From contig NC_014033.1 in the NCBI RefSeq assembly GCF_000025925.1, forward strand, positions 3,480,001 through 3,512,000: a stretch of DNA of 32,000 nucleotides, given 5' to 3'. This document shows, piece after piece, positions 1 through 8,468 of this stretch; the stretch's first letter is position 1, and each line of letters opens with the position of its first letter. A program made the translations under genes and the position numbers. The stretch comes from Xylanibacter ruminicola 23. GTDB taxonomy: Bacteria > Bacteroidota > Bacteroidia > Bacteroidales > Bacteroidaceae. The notes beneath the pieces are model-generated. The model saw only the letters and a list, made by a program, of their open reading frames with translations. It was not told the DNA's origin and did no database searches.

Positions 1-65
1 ATGAATTCTTCATCAAAATCGGGCCAATTGGAGGGCCGAAATTTGGAGGCGCACGAAAAATGTTG

Positions 66-73
66 TACCTTTG
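66..73 (+). promoter_or_regulatory. Candidate Bacteroidota -7 promoter box (TACCTTTG) for the HU-like gene
   Basis: Exact match to the TAnnTTTG -7 consensus of Bacteroides primary-sigma promoters, 88 nt upstream of the ATG at 162. The same motif recurs at ten intergenic sites in this window. Confidence 0.4.
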
Positions 74-161
74 TACTCGCAAACAAGAAGCGGGAGGTCG
101 GTCACCCGATGTAGTTGGCCGCAAAGTATCTAATACCATGTAAAACACACATTTTAAAATT

Positions 162-707
162 ATGGCAAAGATTTTGTACGAAGTAAAGCAGAACACTAAC
201 AGCGTATCGAGTGCCTTCGGCAAGTGGTTCGCAATCATCAAGAACCTGGAAACGCTGAACACACGCAAGTTGGCTGCTCACATCTCGGAGCACGGCTCTA
301 TCTACACCCCCGACGTGGTGTACGGCGTGCTGGAGAAGTTCCGCTCGTGTCTCATCGAGATGCTGTTGGAGAGTAAGAAGGTGAAGATTGATGGCCTTGG
401 CACATTCTACTGCACCTTGGAGAACCAGAAGAACGGCGCGGTGAAAAAGGATGAGTTTAACGTTGGCAAGCATCTGAAGGCGCTGCACATCCGATTCCTG
501 CCCGAGCAGGCTGCCGAGGAGAATATCTCGTCGAGGGAGTTCCTGAAGAAGGCCGAGTTTATCAACGTCGAGAGTCTGTTAAAGGGTGAGTCGGATGACA
601 AGCCAGCTGGCGGCGGTGCGAGCGGTGGAAACACCTCTGGTAGCGGCAGCGGTCAGAACACCGGCGGCAACCAGGGCGGTGGCAGCCATGAGCCCATCGG
701 CGACTAA
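162..707 (+). CDS. Bacteroidales HU-family (HU_HIG-like) DNA-binding protein with a Gly/Ser/Asn-rich C-terminal tail
   Basis: 181-aa ORF. The N-terminal ~120 aa (KLAAHISEHGSIYTPDVVYGVLEKF...KVKIDGLGTFY) matches the HU-like fold typical of Bacteroides. The tail GGGASGGNTSGSGSGQNTGGNQGGGS is low complexity. Confidence 0.8.
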   Translation: MAKILYEVKQNTNSVSSAFGKWFAIIKNLETLNTRKLAAHISEHGSIYTPDVVYGVLEKFRSCLIEMLLESKKVKIDGLGTFYCTLENQKNGAVKKDEFNVGKHLKALHIRFLPEQAAEENISSREFLKKAEFINVESLLKGESDDKPAGGGASGGNTSGSGSGQNTGGNQGGGSHEPIGD

Positions 708-770
708 GGGCTGGGGCGAAAGCCCCACCCAACTTTAAATGTAAAAATGCAAAAATGTAAAAATTGAGTT

Positions 771-872
771 ATGAGTAAGAAAGAAACGATTAAGTTTGTG
801 GCGCAGCTGATAGCATCGATTGCTACGGCAATCATCACGGCGCTGGGCACAACCTCGTGCATGGGGTATTGA
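771..872 (+). CDS. 33-aa single-helix small protein MSKKETIKFVAQLIASIATAIITALGTTSCMGY ('smalltalk'-like)
   Basis: ATG at 771 and TGA at 870-872, found by hand because it is below the ORF-track cutoff. It has a Lys-rich N-terminus, a hydrophobic helix and a C-terminal TSC motif. It lies directly downstream of the HU-like gene and upstream of a terminator. From memory it resembles the ~30-aa 'smalltalk' family annotated beside HU-like genes in RefSeq Bacteroidales. Confidence 0.5.
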   Translation: MSKKETIKFVAQLIASIATAIITALGTTSCMGY

Positions 873-903
873 GCAAAAACAGGGGCCGAAAAGCGAATGG
901 CTT

Positions 904-943
904 GGGGAGGGGAAACCGATGTTTCTCCTTCCCTGTTTTTTTT
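904..943. terminator. Rho-independent terminator between convergent genes
   Basis: 13-bp stem, ggggaggggaaac (904-916) pairing with gtttctccttccc (921-933), including two G-U pairs. The loop is cgat, followed by tgtttttttt. An outer aaaaacaggg/ccctgttttt pairing (875-884 / 931-940) could serve the minus-strand gene. The T-run overlaps the LuxR-gene stop codon. Confidence 0.6.
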
Positions 944-1583
944 AGATGTAAAACTCTGAAGGGTCGACCAGTCCGGCACGGATGGCATACTTAATGAGTT
1001 CGTGGGCTGTGTTGATGCCCAGTTTGCGGAAGATATTCTTGCGGTGGGTGGTGATGGTGTGGATGCTCGAAAAACGCTCTTCGGCAATCTCCTTGGTGGT
1101 TTTACCTTGGGCGATGGCTTTTACGATTTCGGCTTCGGTGGCGGTTAGAATGTCAGGCTTTTCCTCGTCGTTCTGCTGTGAGATAATCACTTCGAGCGCA
1201 CGCTGACTGATAAAACGCTGATGGTGACTTACAGCGTGCAGGGCATCGCGCACGTCCTTCATCGGTCCGTCCTTAAATACTATGCTGAACTGATGCGATG
1301 AATAGATGACGCGACGCAGGAATTGAGGCGTCAGCTCATCGCTGATGAGCAGCCATTGCGATAAGGCAAAGCGTTCGCTTACAATCAGCAACTGGTCTTC
1401 GTCGGCAAAATCAAACAGGGTATAGTCGAGTATCACCACAGCATGCTCGTGCTCCTTTAGCTTGGCAACCAGACTTGTTTTGTCTGATGCTCGGTATATC
1501 TGGTTCTCGTCGTTCTGCTTGAGCAGACTTTCGATTGCAAACCTTGTTATTTCCTGATTATCTGCTATTATATACTTTGCCAT
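942..1583 (-). CDS. LuxR/NarL-type response-regulator-like transcription factor (receiver-like domain plus LuxR HTH)
   Basis: The C-terminus TATEAEIVKAIAQGKTTKEIAEERFSSIHTITTHRKNIFRKLGINTAHELIKYAI is a LuxR-type HTH. The N-terminus resembles a receiver (VVILDYT, FKDGP), but the acidic pair is ADNQ rather than DD. I moved the start to MAKYII (ATG 1581-1583), 20 nt downstream of a -7 box. The ORF-track start at 1634 would lie upstream of that promoter. Confidence 0.8.
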   Translation of the reverse strand: MAKYIIADNQEITRFAIESLLKQNDENQIYRASDKTSLVAKLKEHEHAVVILDYTLFDFADEDQLLIVSERFALSQWLLISDELTPQFLRRVIYSSHQFSIVFKDGPMKDVRDALHAVSHHQRFISQRALEVIISQQNDEEKPDILTATEAEIVKAIAQGKTTKEIAEERFSSIHTITTHRKNIFRKLGINTAHELIKYAIRAGLVDPSEFYI

Positions 1584-1603
1584 AACTGTTCCGATTTTGG
1601 GTG

Positions 1604-1611
1604 CAAAGATA
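1604..1611 (-). promoter_or_regulatory. -7 promoter box (TATCTTTG on the minus strand) for the LuxR-type gene
   Basis: The reverse complement of caaagata is TATCTTTG, in the context TATCTTTGCACCC. Confidence 0.5.
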
Positions 1612-1713
1612 CAAAGAATAGATATAACCTCCAAATATCTGGCGATATTTAGATAATATATCTATAAACGTGGCGTTAATTGATGTTTTTTGCTGGATTC
1701 GAAGCCTGTTTGC

Positions 1714-2523
1714 CTATTTCGTAGAATAATATTCTATATCTTCTATCACCAGACCTGCCAACATAAAACCAAAGATAGCGGTGATATGAGCAAGCGTACC
1801 ATTGATCTGGGCTTTAGAAGAGCACCACTCGTGGTTCAACAGACTCTTGTCGCCTGGACCATTCTGGGCTTTGGGGCACATGCACTTCTCGGTGCCACAG
1901 GTGGCATTATGCCCCCGGTTCTCCAGTAGCTCGTCGCTATAAACGCACTGGAACTTTCGCTTAGGGAATTGCTTCTGCGACTTGAATTTCTTTCTAAGTG
2001 CGCGGGCCAGTGGATCGCCCTGTACCTTCCAGAACTCTGTAACTTTGATACGGGTAGGATCCAGCTTTAAGGCAGCTCCCATTGATGAGAACAGTTTGGC
2101 ATTAGTACGACAAGCCAGGAGAATAAGCGTAGCCTTATCTTTCAGCGAATCGATGGCATCGATGATGTAGTCGTAGGTGTCGAGTTCGAACTCATCTGCA
2201 TTCTCTGCCGTGAAAACCTTTTGTAGGGCATTAATCTCTACTGAAGGGTTGATTGTTAGCAAGCGCTCTTTCAGTGCATCTACCTTTACCTGACCGACGG
2301 TCTTTGTGGTAGCCATCAGCTGGCGGTTGATGTTGGTGATACAAACGCGGTCGCTATCCACAATCGTCAAATGCCTGATACCACTACGTACCAGACTCTC
2401 TGCGCACCATGAACCAACACCTCCCACGCCAAAGATAATCACCCTTTTCTGGGCGATGCGCTCCATAGATTCATTGCCTAAAAGCAGTTCGGAGCGACGG
2501 AATATTGCATCATCTGTTGCCAT
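1714..2523 (-). CDS. tcdA: tRNA threonylcarbamoyladenosine dehydratase (ThiF/HesA/MoeB-family E1-like, TcdA/CsdL)
   Basis: RVIIFGVGGVGSWCAESLVRSGIRHLTIVDSDRVCITNINRQL is the Rossmann GxGxxG plus NRQ motif of the TcdA subfamily. I moved the start to MATDD (ATG 2521-2523), 18 nt downstream of a -7 box. The stop codon is TAG. Confidence 0.8.
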   Translation of the reverse strand: MATDDAIFRRSELLLGNESMERIAQKRVIIFGVGGVGSWCAESLVRSGIRHLTIVDSDRVCITNINRQLMATTKTVGQVKVDALKERLLTINPSVEINALQKVFTAENADEFELDTYDYIIDAIDSLKDKATLILLACRTNAKLFSSMGAALKLDPTRIKVTEFWKVQGDPLARALRKKFKSQKQFPKRKFQCVYSDELLENRGHNATCGTEKCMCPKAQNGPGDKSLLNHEWCSSKAQINGTLAHITAIFGFMLAGLVIEDIEYYSTK

Positions 2524-2541
2524 ATCGTTATATTTTGGCTG

Positions 2542-2549
2542 CAAAATTA
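2542..2549 (-). promoter_or_regulatory. -7 promoter box (TAATTTTG on the minus strand) for tcdA
   Basis: The reverse complement of caaaatta matches TAnnTTTG. Confidence 0.45.
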
Positions 2550-2659
2550 ACATATTTCCTGCAAATAAATAACAAAATAGGTCGAAAAATACCAATATAC
2601 CATCAATGTGGTATATGGAATGCCATAGGGTAGGGATTGTGGGGATGGAGAAAACGCCG

Positions 2660-2667
2660 TACCTTTG
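2660..2667 (+). promoter_or_regulatory. -7 promoter box (TACCTTTG, context TACCTTTGCACCC) for the 2831-14517 operon
   Basis: This is the only TAnnTTTG match between tcdA and the ATG at 2831. It implies a ~160 nt AT-rich 5' leader. Confidence 0.45.
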
Positions 2668-2830
2668 CACCCAGAAACATTAATTAATTATTTAAAGGGT
2701 TATAAAGGTATGAAAAGAACAATGCGAATGCGTATGCAAGATGTTTGTTGTTGTCGCCAGATGATGATGACAATGATGATGAAGGAGGGTATATATATAA
2801 TAGGTATAAACAAAATTAAAAAGAAGCAAT

Positions 2831-3709
2831 ATGAAAAAGATAGCATTAACAATAGCAGTATTATTCAGTATCAGCATCAGCAATATTTGGGCTGAAGGTA
2901 ACGGTGTGAACGACGTTAACGAAGTTAAAGGCACCAACAATACAACCGTACGCACCATTAAGGCACCACGCTTTGCGCGTCCATTGGTCGAAAAGTGGAT
3001 TAAAGAATACGCAAAAACACAACCAGGCGTAGAGTTCCAGATTGCAAAGGGACAAGGTAATTCCGACCTGAATGTAGTACTTGATGATAAAAACTTTAGC
3101 CAGATTGTTTATTTCGGAGAGACAGCCGTGCTGCCTATCACCGCACGTAGCTCTGAGGCAGCCCGACTGCTCGAAGGTAAACACTTGAACAACAAGAAAC
3201 TAAAGCAGCTTTATTTCCTGAATGAGGATTTTGACGAGGAAGTAAAGAAGAACAAGGCTTTCGAAACCATCACTGTTTATAGCGGCAGCAATGCCACATC
3301 GGTAGCTTCGTCGTTCGCTCACAATTTTGGCGAGGAGAGCAGCAATTTCCGTGGCAAGCGTATATCAGGCGACGACCTGTTTTTGAACACCGCTTTGGCA
3401 AAGGATCCTCTGGGCGTGTCGTTCAACGCACTTCCTAATATCTTTGATCTGAAGAGCCGCCACCTGAAAGAAGATCTCTCGCTGGTAGGTCTTGACGTGA
3501 AGAAGGACTTGGCCAACAGTTTCAGCGATAACGGCACACTCGACGAACTGCTTACAGCACTCGAGAATAGTAAGGAGTCGGAGGTTGCTATCGAGAAAGT
3601 CGGCATCAGTGTGAACAATGCCGACGACGAGGTGAACAAGTTCTTGGAATGGGTGCTGGCACAGGGCACCAAGTACAACCACGAATATGGATTGTTGAAT
3701 CTTAAATAA
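2831..3709 (+). CDS. Secreted PstS-fold (type II periplasmic-binding-protein-like) protein of unknown ligand
   Basis: Signal peptide MKKIALTIAVLFSISISNIWA. FARPLVEKWIKEYAKTQPGVEFQIAKGQGNS aligns by eye to E. coli PstS [31 protein letters not shown]. The C-terminal NKFLEWVLAQGTKYNHEYGLLNL aligns to [23 protein letters not shown]. The RADGSGT phosphate-binding motif is replaced by YSGSNATS. Confidence 0.5.
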   Translation: MKKIALTIAVLFSISISNIWAEGNGVNDVNEVKGTNNTTVRTIKAPRFARPLVEKWIKEYAKTQPGVEFQIAKGQGNSDLNVVLDDKNFSQIVYFGETAVLPITARSSEAARLLEGKHLNNKKLKQLYFLNEDFDEEVKKNKAFETITVYSGSNATSVASSFAHNFGEESSNFRGKRISGDDLFLNTALAKDPLGVSFNALPNIFDLKSRHLKEDLSLVGLDVKKDLANSFSDNGTLDELLTALENSKESEVAIEKVGISVNNADDEVNKFLEWVLAQGTKYNHEYGLLNLK

Positions 3710-3726
3710 ATAGTAGTATTAGTCTT

Positions 3727-6700
3727 ATGGGAAAAAGATTGTTAGTTGCAACGCTTGTTGCAATAGGGCCCTTAGTGGCCTTTGCGCAGAACCTGATTAC
3801 CGGACACATCACAGACGTTCGCACCGGCGAGCCGCTGATTGGTGCTTCGGTGATAGTGAAAACTGATAAGGGACGAGGTGTGGTGACCGATGTGGATGGT
3901 AACTTTAAGCTTGAGACAAAGGTAGAAGCCCCACTGACCCTGAAAGTAGAATACGTAGGCTATCGTGCCCTCGATGTAGATGTTTACGATTTCGATGAGC
4001 CAGTAGAGATAGCCCTGATTGATAACTCGAACCGTCTGGACGAGGTGGTAGTAGTAGGTTATGGTGTACAGAAGCGTAAGCAGCTTACTGGTGCTGTAAC
4101 TACCGTAAAGAATGATGAACTGCTGAATACCTCGACCTCGTTCGATAACATCCTGGGTGGTGCCGTTGCTGGTCTTGATGCCACAGCATCATCTGGTCAG
4201 CCAGGTGCATCGGTAAATATCCGCATCCGTGGTGGTAACTCTATCAATGCCGGTAACGAGCCCCTTTATGTGATTGATGGTGTACTGCTGTACAACAGTA
4301 GTTCGGCCACTAATGCCGGCAATAGCGTGGCTGGTACAAACTTTAATCCTTTGGCCTCAATCAACCCATCTGACATCGAGTCGATCGAGGTGCTGAAGGA
4401 TGTGTCAGCCTCGGCTATCTATGGTTCGCGTGGTGCCAATGGTGTAATAATCGTAACCACCAAGAGTGGTAAACATGGTAAGGTTAAGGTGGATTACGGT
4501 TATTCTATTGGCGTATCGTCGGTCCGTAAGCGTTTGGATGTGCTTAACGCTGAGCAGTGGGGCGAGTTGTATCTGGAGTTGGCAACCGATGCCCAGAAGA
4601 AAGCTTCGGGTGTTACACCTGAGTTGGTTAAGACTTGGGGCGAGGGCACCGATTGGCAGGATGCTTTGTTCCGTACTGCTACCACCCAGCAGCATCAGGT
4701 ATCGGTAAGTGGTGGTTCGGATAATGAGCGCTTCCATATTTCGGGCAACTATACCAATCAGGATGGTGTGATTCGCGGCTCAGGATTTACCCGCTTGGGT
4801 GCACGTTTGAACTATGAACGTGACATTCTGAAGAACGTAACCGTTGGCCTGAAGACGAGCTTCTCAAAGAGCACTCAGACCGGTTCTCAGTCGTTCCGCG
4901 GACAGTCGAACGGTGTGAGCGGCCTGCTGGAGTTGGCCTTGCGTACATCGCCTGCAGTACCTATTTATAATACTGATGGTACCTACAACTATGCTAATCC
5001 TTTTGAGGCAGGCGACTTTGTGCGCAATGGCCTGACTCCAAATGCTATTGCCGACCTGAGCGAGGTGGATGCACAGACACGTGTTGATAATACGCTGGTG
5101 AGCGCTTTTGCACAGTGGGAAATCATCAAAGGGCTGAAATTGCGTACACAGGGTTCGGTAAACATCCTGAATACCCGTCAGAGTGTGTTCGGTCCTGCCA
5201 CCTCACAGATTGGTTTCAACTCTGATGGCTATGGTGCCGTGGGTTCAAAGCGCTGGGAGAGCGACCAGGTTGAGGTCACCCTGACATGGAACAAGAAAAT
5301 TGGTAATATCCACGAGTTCGAGGTGCTGGGTGGTTATACCTATCAGCAGGAGAAGAGTGAGCGACTGCTGGGCAGTACAGCTGATTATGCCAACGACAAT
5401 CTGGGTTATCAGAGTCTGCAGTCGGGTTCACAGCTGATTGCTACCGAGACCGATTTTGTAACATCGGTTCTTTATTCAGGTATCGGTCGTATCAACTACT
5501 CGCTGCTGGATCGCTACCATCTTACAGCCACCTTGCGTGCCGATGGTTCAAGCCGTTTTGCCAAAAACAAGAAATGGGGCTGGTTCCCATCACTTGGATT
5601 TGCTTGGAATGTGAACGAAGAGAAGTTCCTGAAGAACATCAAGTGGATTGAAGACTTGAAACTGCGTGCCAGCATTGGTACTGTGGGTAACCAGGAGATT
5701 GGCGACTATACCTTCCTCTCAACTTATGCAGCTACCCATTATTTCCTTGGCGGTATTAAGAATACAGCCTATTACCGTTCGGCTTTGGGCAACGACGACC
5801 TGAAGTGGGAAACTACCACCTCGTACGATTTGGGTTTCGACTTTAATATCCTGAAGGGTAAACTGGGTTTTGTTTTCGATGTGTATCACAAGAAAACTTC
5901 CGACCTGCTGCTGAATATTCCTGTTGAGCAGACTACAGGTTTCAGCAGCCAGCTTACAAACGTAGGCAACGTCACCAATGATGGTGTTGAGTTTGCTGTT
6001 AATGCCACCCTTTGGCAGGCCAAGGACCTTACATGGCAGGTGAGCGCCAATATTGCCCACAACCACAACGAGGTAACAAGCATCGGTACCGGACAGAGTG
6101 AGATTATCAACGGCAACCAGACCATTATCCGTCCAGGCGAAGCACTCGGTACTTACTATGGCTGGCAGTTTGATGGCATCGTGCAGACATCCGAGGATTT
6201 GAAGTCGGTTCCTGCACCATCCAACAAACCAGTCGTAGAATATGGCGACGTGAAGTATGTAGATCAGAATGGTGATGGTGTGGTAGATCAGGAGAACGAC
6301 CGTGTAGTACTTGGTTCAGCACAGCCCGATTTTACCTATGGTTTTGCTACTCAGCTGCGTTATAAGAGTTGGAACTTGAGTCTTAACTTCCAGGGTTCAT
6401 ATGGTAATAAGCTTTATAACCAGATGGAACAGGCACTCGAGTCGCCTAATGCCAGCTATAATGCTTCCACCAAGCTGCTGAACCGTTGGACAGCCGAGAA
6501 TCCCAGCACTACCATCCCACGTGCCGTAGCTCAGAATAACTATAGCGCTTATCTTGATAGCCGCTTTATTGAAGATGCCAGTTATCTGCGCCTGAAGAAT
6601 ATTCAGATTGGCTACAATTTCCAGCCCAAAGTGGGTAACAATCAGAAACTGGGTGTTTACCTCTACGCTTCGGCCCAGAACCTGCTTACAATAACCAATT

Positions 6701-6795
6701 ACAGTGGTTATGATCCTGAGTACAGCGGCTACGTAGATCGTGGAACCTATCCTGCATCTCGTACATTTACATTTGGTGTTAAACTGTCGTATTAA
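3727..6795 (+). CDS. SusC/RagA-family TonB-dependent outer-membrane transporter
   Basis: 1022 aa. Signal peptide, then a CarboxypepD_reg-like domain (ITGHITDVRTGEPLIGASVIV...DGNFKL), then the plug (DEVVVVGYGVQKRKQLTGAV...IESIEVLKDASA-like, YGSRGANGVIIVTTK) and a C-terminal barrel ending FTFGVKLSY. There is no N-terminal STN anti-sigma signalling domain. Confidence 0.9.
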   Translation: MGKRLLVATLVAIGPLVAFAQNLITGHITDVRTGEPLIGASVIVKTDKGRGVVTDVDGNFKLETKVEAPLTLKVEYVGYRALDVDVYDFDEPVEIALIDNSNRLDEVVVVGYGVQKRKQLTGAVTTVKNDELLNTSTSFDNILGGAVAGLDATASSGQPGASVNIRIRGGNSINAGNEPLYVIDGVLLYNSSSATNAGNSVAGTNFNPLASINPSDIESIEVLKDVSASAIYGSRGANGVIIVTTKSGKHGKVKVDYGYSIGVSSVRKRLDVLNAEQWGELYLELATDAQKKASGVTPELVKTWGEGTDWQDALFRTATTQQHQVSVSGGSDNERFHISGNYTNQDGVIRGSGFTRLGARLNYERDILKNVTVGLKTSFSKSTQTGSQSFRGQSNGVSGLLELALRTSPAVPIYNTDGTYNYANPFEAGDFVRNGLTPNAIADLSEVDAQTRVDNTLVSAFAQWEIIKGLKLRTQGSVNILNTRQSVFGPATSQIGFNSDGYGAVGSKRWESDQVEVTLTWNKKIGNIHEFEVLGGYTYQQEKSERLLGSTADYANDNLGYQSLQSGSQLIATETDFVTSVLYSGIGRINYSLLDRYHLTATLRADGSSRFAKNKKWGWFPSLGFAWNVNEEKFLKNIKWIEDLKLRASIGTVGNQEIGDYTFLSTYAATHYFLGGIKNTAYYRSALGNDDLKWETTTSYDLGFDFNILKGKLGFVFDVYHKKTSDLLLNIPVEQTTGFSSQLTNVGNVTNDGVEFAVNATLWQAKDLTWQVSANIAHNHNEVTSIGTGQSEIINGNQTIIRPGEALGTYYGWQFDGIVQTSEDLKSVPAPSNKPVVEYGDVKYVDQNGDGVVDQENDRVVLGSAQPDFTYGFATQLRYKSWNLSLNFQGSYGNKLYNQMEQALESPNASYNASTKLLNRWTAENPSTTIPRAVAQNNYSAYLDSRFIEDASYLRLKNIQIGYNFQPKVGNNQKLGVYLYASAQNLLTITNYSGYDPEYSGYVDRGTYPASRTFTFGVKLSY

Positions 6796-6815
6796 TCTTT
6801 AAAGGTATAAGAAAA

Positions 6816-8447
6816 ATGAAAAAGAATCAGATATATCATACAGCGCAATCTCTGTTGGCAGGCGTGGTGTTCGGCTTGACACTTGCATCGTGCGAGTCGT
6901 TGGATCAGGGTAACCTGAGCGAGCTGGCCGAAAGCAATCTTCCTCAGAGCGATGCAGATGCCAAGGCACTTGTTAATGCCGTATATTCGTCGGATATTGA
7001 ACTGGCCACTACTTACATGTATCTTATCGACCTCACTACCGAGACCACCGTGAGCGGTGAGAATCCTAATGGTGGCGGTGGCATGTTAGGACTGCTCTCA
7101 TGGGATGGAACCAACTCCTATGTGGTGAGCCTGTGGCGTGCTGTATATGCCTCGCTGGCACGTGCTAACGATACCATCGAGAAGTTGCAGACTAATCCTG
7201 CAGGCGTGTCACCCGAGATTGCATCGCAGGTGATAGGCGAAGCCAAGTTTCTGCGTGCTTACTATCTGAACTATGCCGTGCAGCTGTGGGGGCCAGTGCC
7301 TGTCATCACCAGCAGCAAAGGCGGTACAAATGCAGTAAGAAACTCGGAGACAGAGGTTTATCAGCAGATAGTGGCCGACCTTGAGGATGCTGCAGCCCGA
7401 CTGCCTGAGCGCAGTAAGCAGAGTCAGAGTGATATCGGTCGTGCCTCGCGTGGTGCAGCCTTGGCAGCCTTGGCAAAGGTTTACCTGACCTGGGCTCAGG
7501 TGGATGACGACCTGACCGATGCGCAGCGCAAGGAGTATTTCGGCAAGTCGGCTCAGTATGCACAGCAGGTGATCGATTCTAATGAATATAGTCTTGAAGA
7601 GGATTTCTATGACAACTGGAACAACCAGAACCGAAATGGTAAGGAGAGCATATTTGCCATCCAGTTCTATCTGGGATCAAGCACACGCGATGGCGATGCT
7701 TCGGGCAATAACCACCTGTGCCACTGCTCGTTCTCAACCAGCTTCAGCGTGTCGCTGCCACATATCGCACCGGGTCCGGACAACACCGTCGAGAATTCAT
7801 ATCTGCCGGGTGATCAGCGCAAGGATGTATCATTTGCCGACTCACTTTGGCGTCCTTCTACACAGAACTATTTCCACTTCTATTTTGATGCCGACGGTGA
7901 TGGCATCCGCGAGTCGGGCTTCTCACGCTACAACAAGTACATCGACCATGACAGGGTTGAGACAAGTGCTGCCGACCGTGCTATGAACCGTCAGGTGATC
8001 CGTCTGGCTGAGGTGTATCTGGTACTGGCCGAGGCTATCAACGAGCGTGACGGACAGCCTAATCAGCAGGCCTATGATGCCTTCAACAAGGTGCGTCGCC
8101 GTGCATTCCGCGAGGATATCTTCAGCGCAGCAGCACAGTCACACGACCTGAAGTCAGGTCTTGACTACGAAGGCTTCAAGAGTGCCATCATACAGGAACG
8201 CTCATGGGAGTTCGTCCTGGAGCAGAAACATCTGCTCGACCTGAAGCGCTGGAAGATTCTGGTGAAGACCATTAAGAATAGTGCTTTGGCCAAGAACTTC
8301 CCAGAGTATAACAAGCAGACGATTGATTTCAAGCATTATCGTTTCCCCATCCCACAAGCACAGCGAGTAGTTAACCCCAATCTCTGGCAGAACTATGGCT
8401 ACGATGGTTCCGACATCACCACCAACCCCTATGTAGGCAGAGAATAA
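6816..8447 (+). CDS. SusD/RagB-family outer-membrane lipoprotein
   Basis: Lipobox LTLASC. It lies 20 nt downstream of susC. It has typical SusD-like TPR-like segments (EAKFLRAYYLNYAVQLWGPVPV, RLAEVYLVLAEA, ERSWEFVLEQKHLLDLKRW). Confidence 0.85.
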   Translation: MKKNQIYHTAQSLLAGVVFGLTLASCESLDQGNLSELAESNLPQSDADAKALVNAVYSSDIELATTYMYLIDLTTETTVSGENPNGGGGMLGLLSWDGTNSYVVSLWRAVYASLARANDTIEKLQTNPAGVSPEIASQVIGEAKFLRAYYLNYAVQLWGPVPVITSSKGGTNAVRNSETEVYQQIVADLEDAAARLPERSKQSQSDIGRASRGAALAALAKVYLTWAQVDDDLTDAQRKEYFGKSAQYAQQVIDSNEYSLEEDFYDNWNNQNRNGKESIFAIQFYLGSSTRDGDASGNNHLCHCSFSTSFSVSLPHIAPGPDNTVENSYLPGDQRKDVSFADSLWRPSTQNYFHFYFDADGDGIRESGFSRYNKYIDHDRVETSAADRAMNRQVIRLAEVYLVLAEAINERDGQPNQQAYDAFNKVRRRAFREDIFSAAAQSHDLKSGLDYEGFKSAIIQERSWEFVLEQKHLLDLKRWKILVKTIKNSALAKNFPEYNKQTIDFKHYRFPIPQAQRVVNPNLWQNYGYDGSDITTNPYVGRE

Positions 8448-8468
8448 ACAAAAAAAAGAGAGAGCAAT

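Noticed and set aside
1-60. Approximate direct repeat GGGCCAATTGGAGG / GGCCGAAATTTGGAGG at the window edge, as a possible operator or the end of an element
   Set aside because: It is imperfect and truncated by the window boundary. It has no partner elsewhere in the window, so it cannot be interpreted.
590-707. Gly/Ser/Asn-rich low-complexity stretch as a separate gene or repeat element, together with antisense ORF 407-634
   Set aside because: It is in frame and continuous with the HU-like ORF. Such tails are common on these proteins, and there is no nucleotide-level tandem repeat.
2758-2786. ATGATGATGACAATGATGATGA as a possible phase-variable simple-sequence repeat
   Set aside because: It has only two blocks of three ATG units, interrupted by ACA. 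That is too short and impure for slipped-strand switching. I discuss it instead as part of the Met-rich upstream ORF.
2692-2958. Minus-strand 88-aa ORF with a His-rich run (HHHCHHH)
   Set aside because: It is simply the reverse complement of the ATG-rich leader. It overlaps the promoter-proximal leader and the start of the PstS-fold gene, and it has no promoter of its own.
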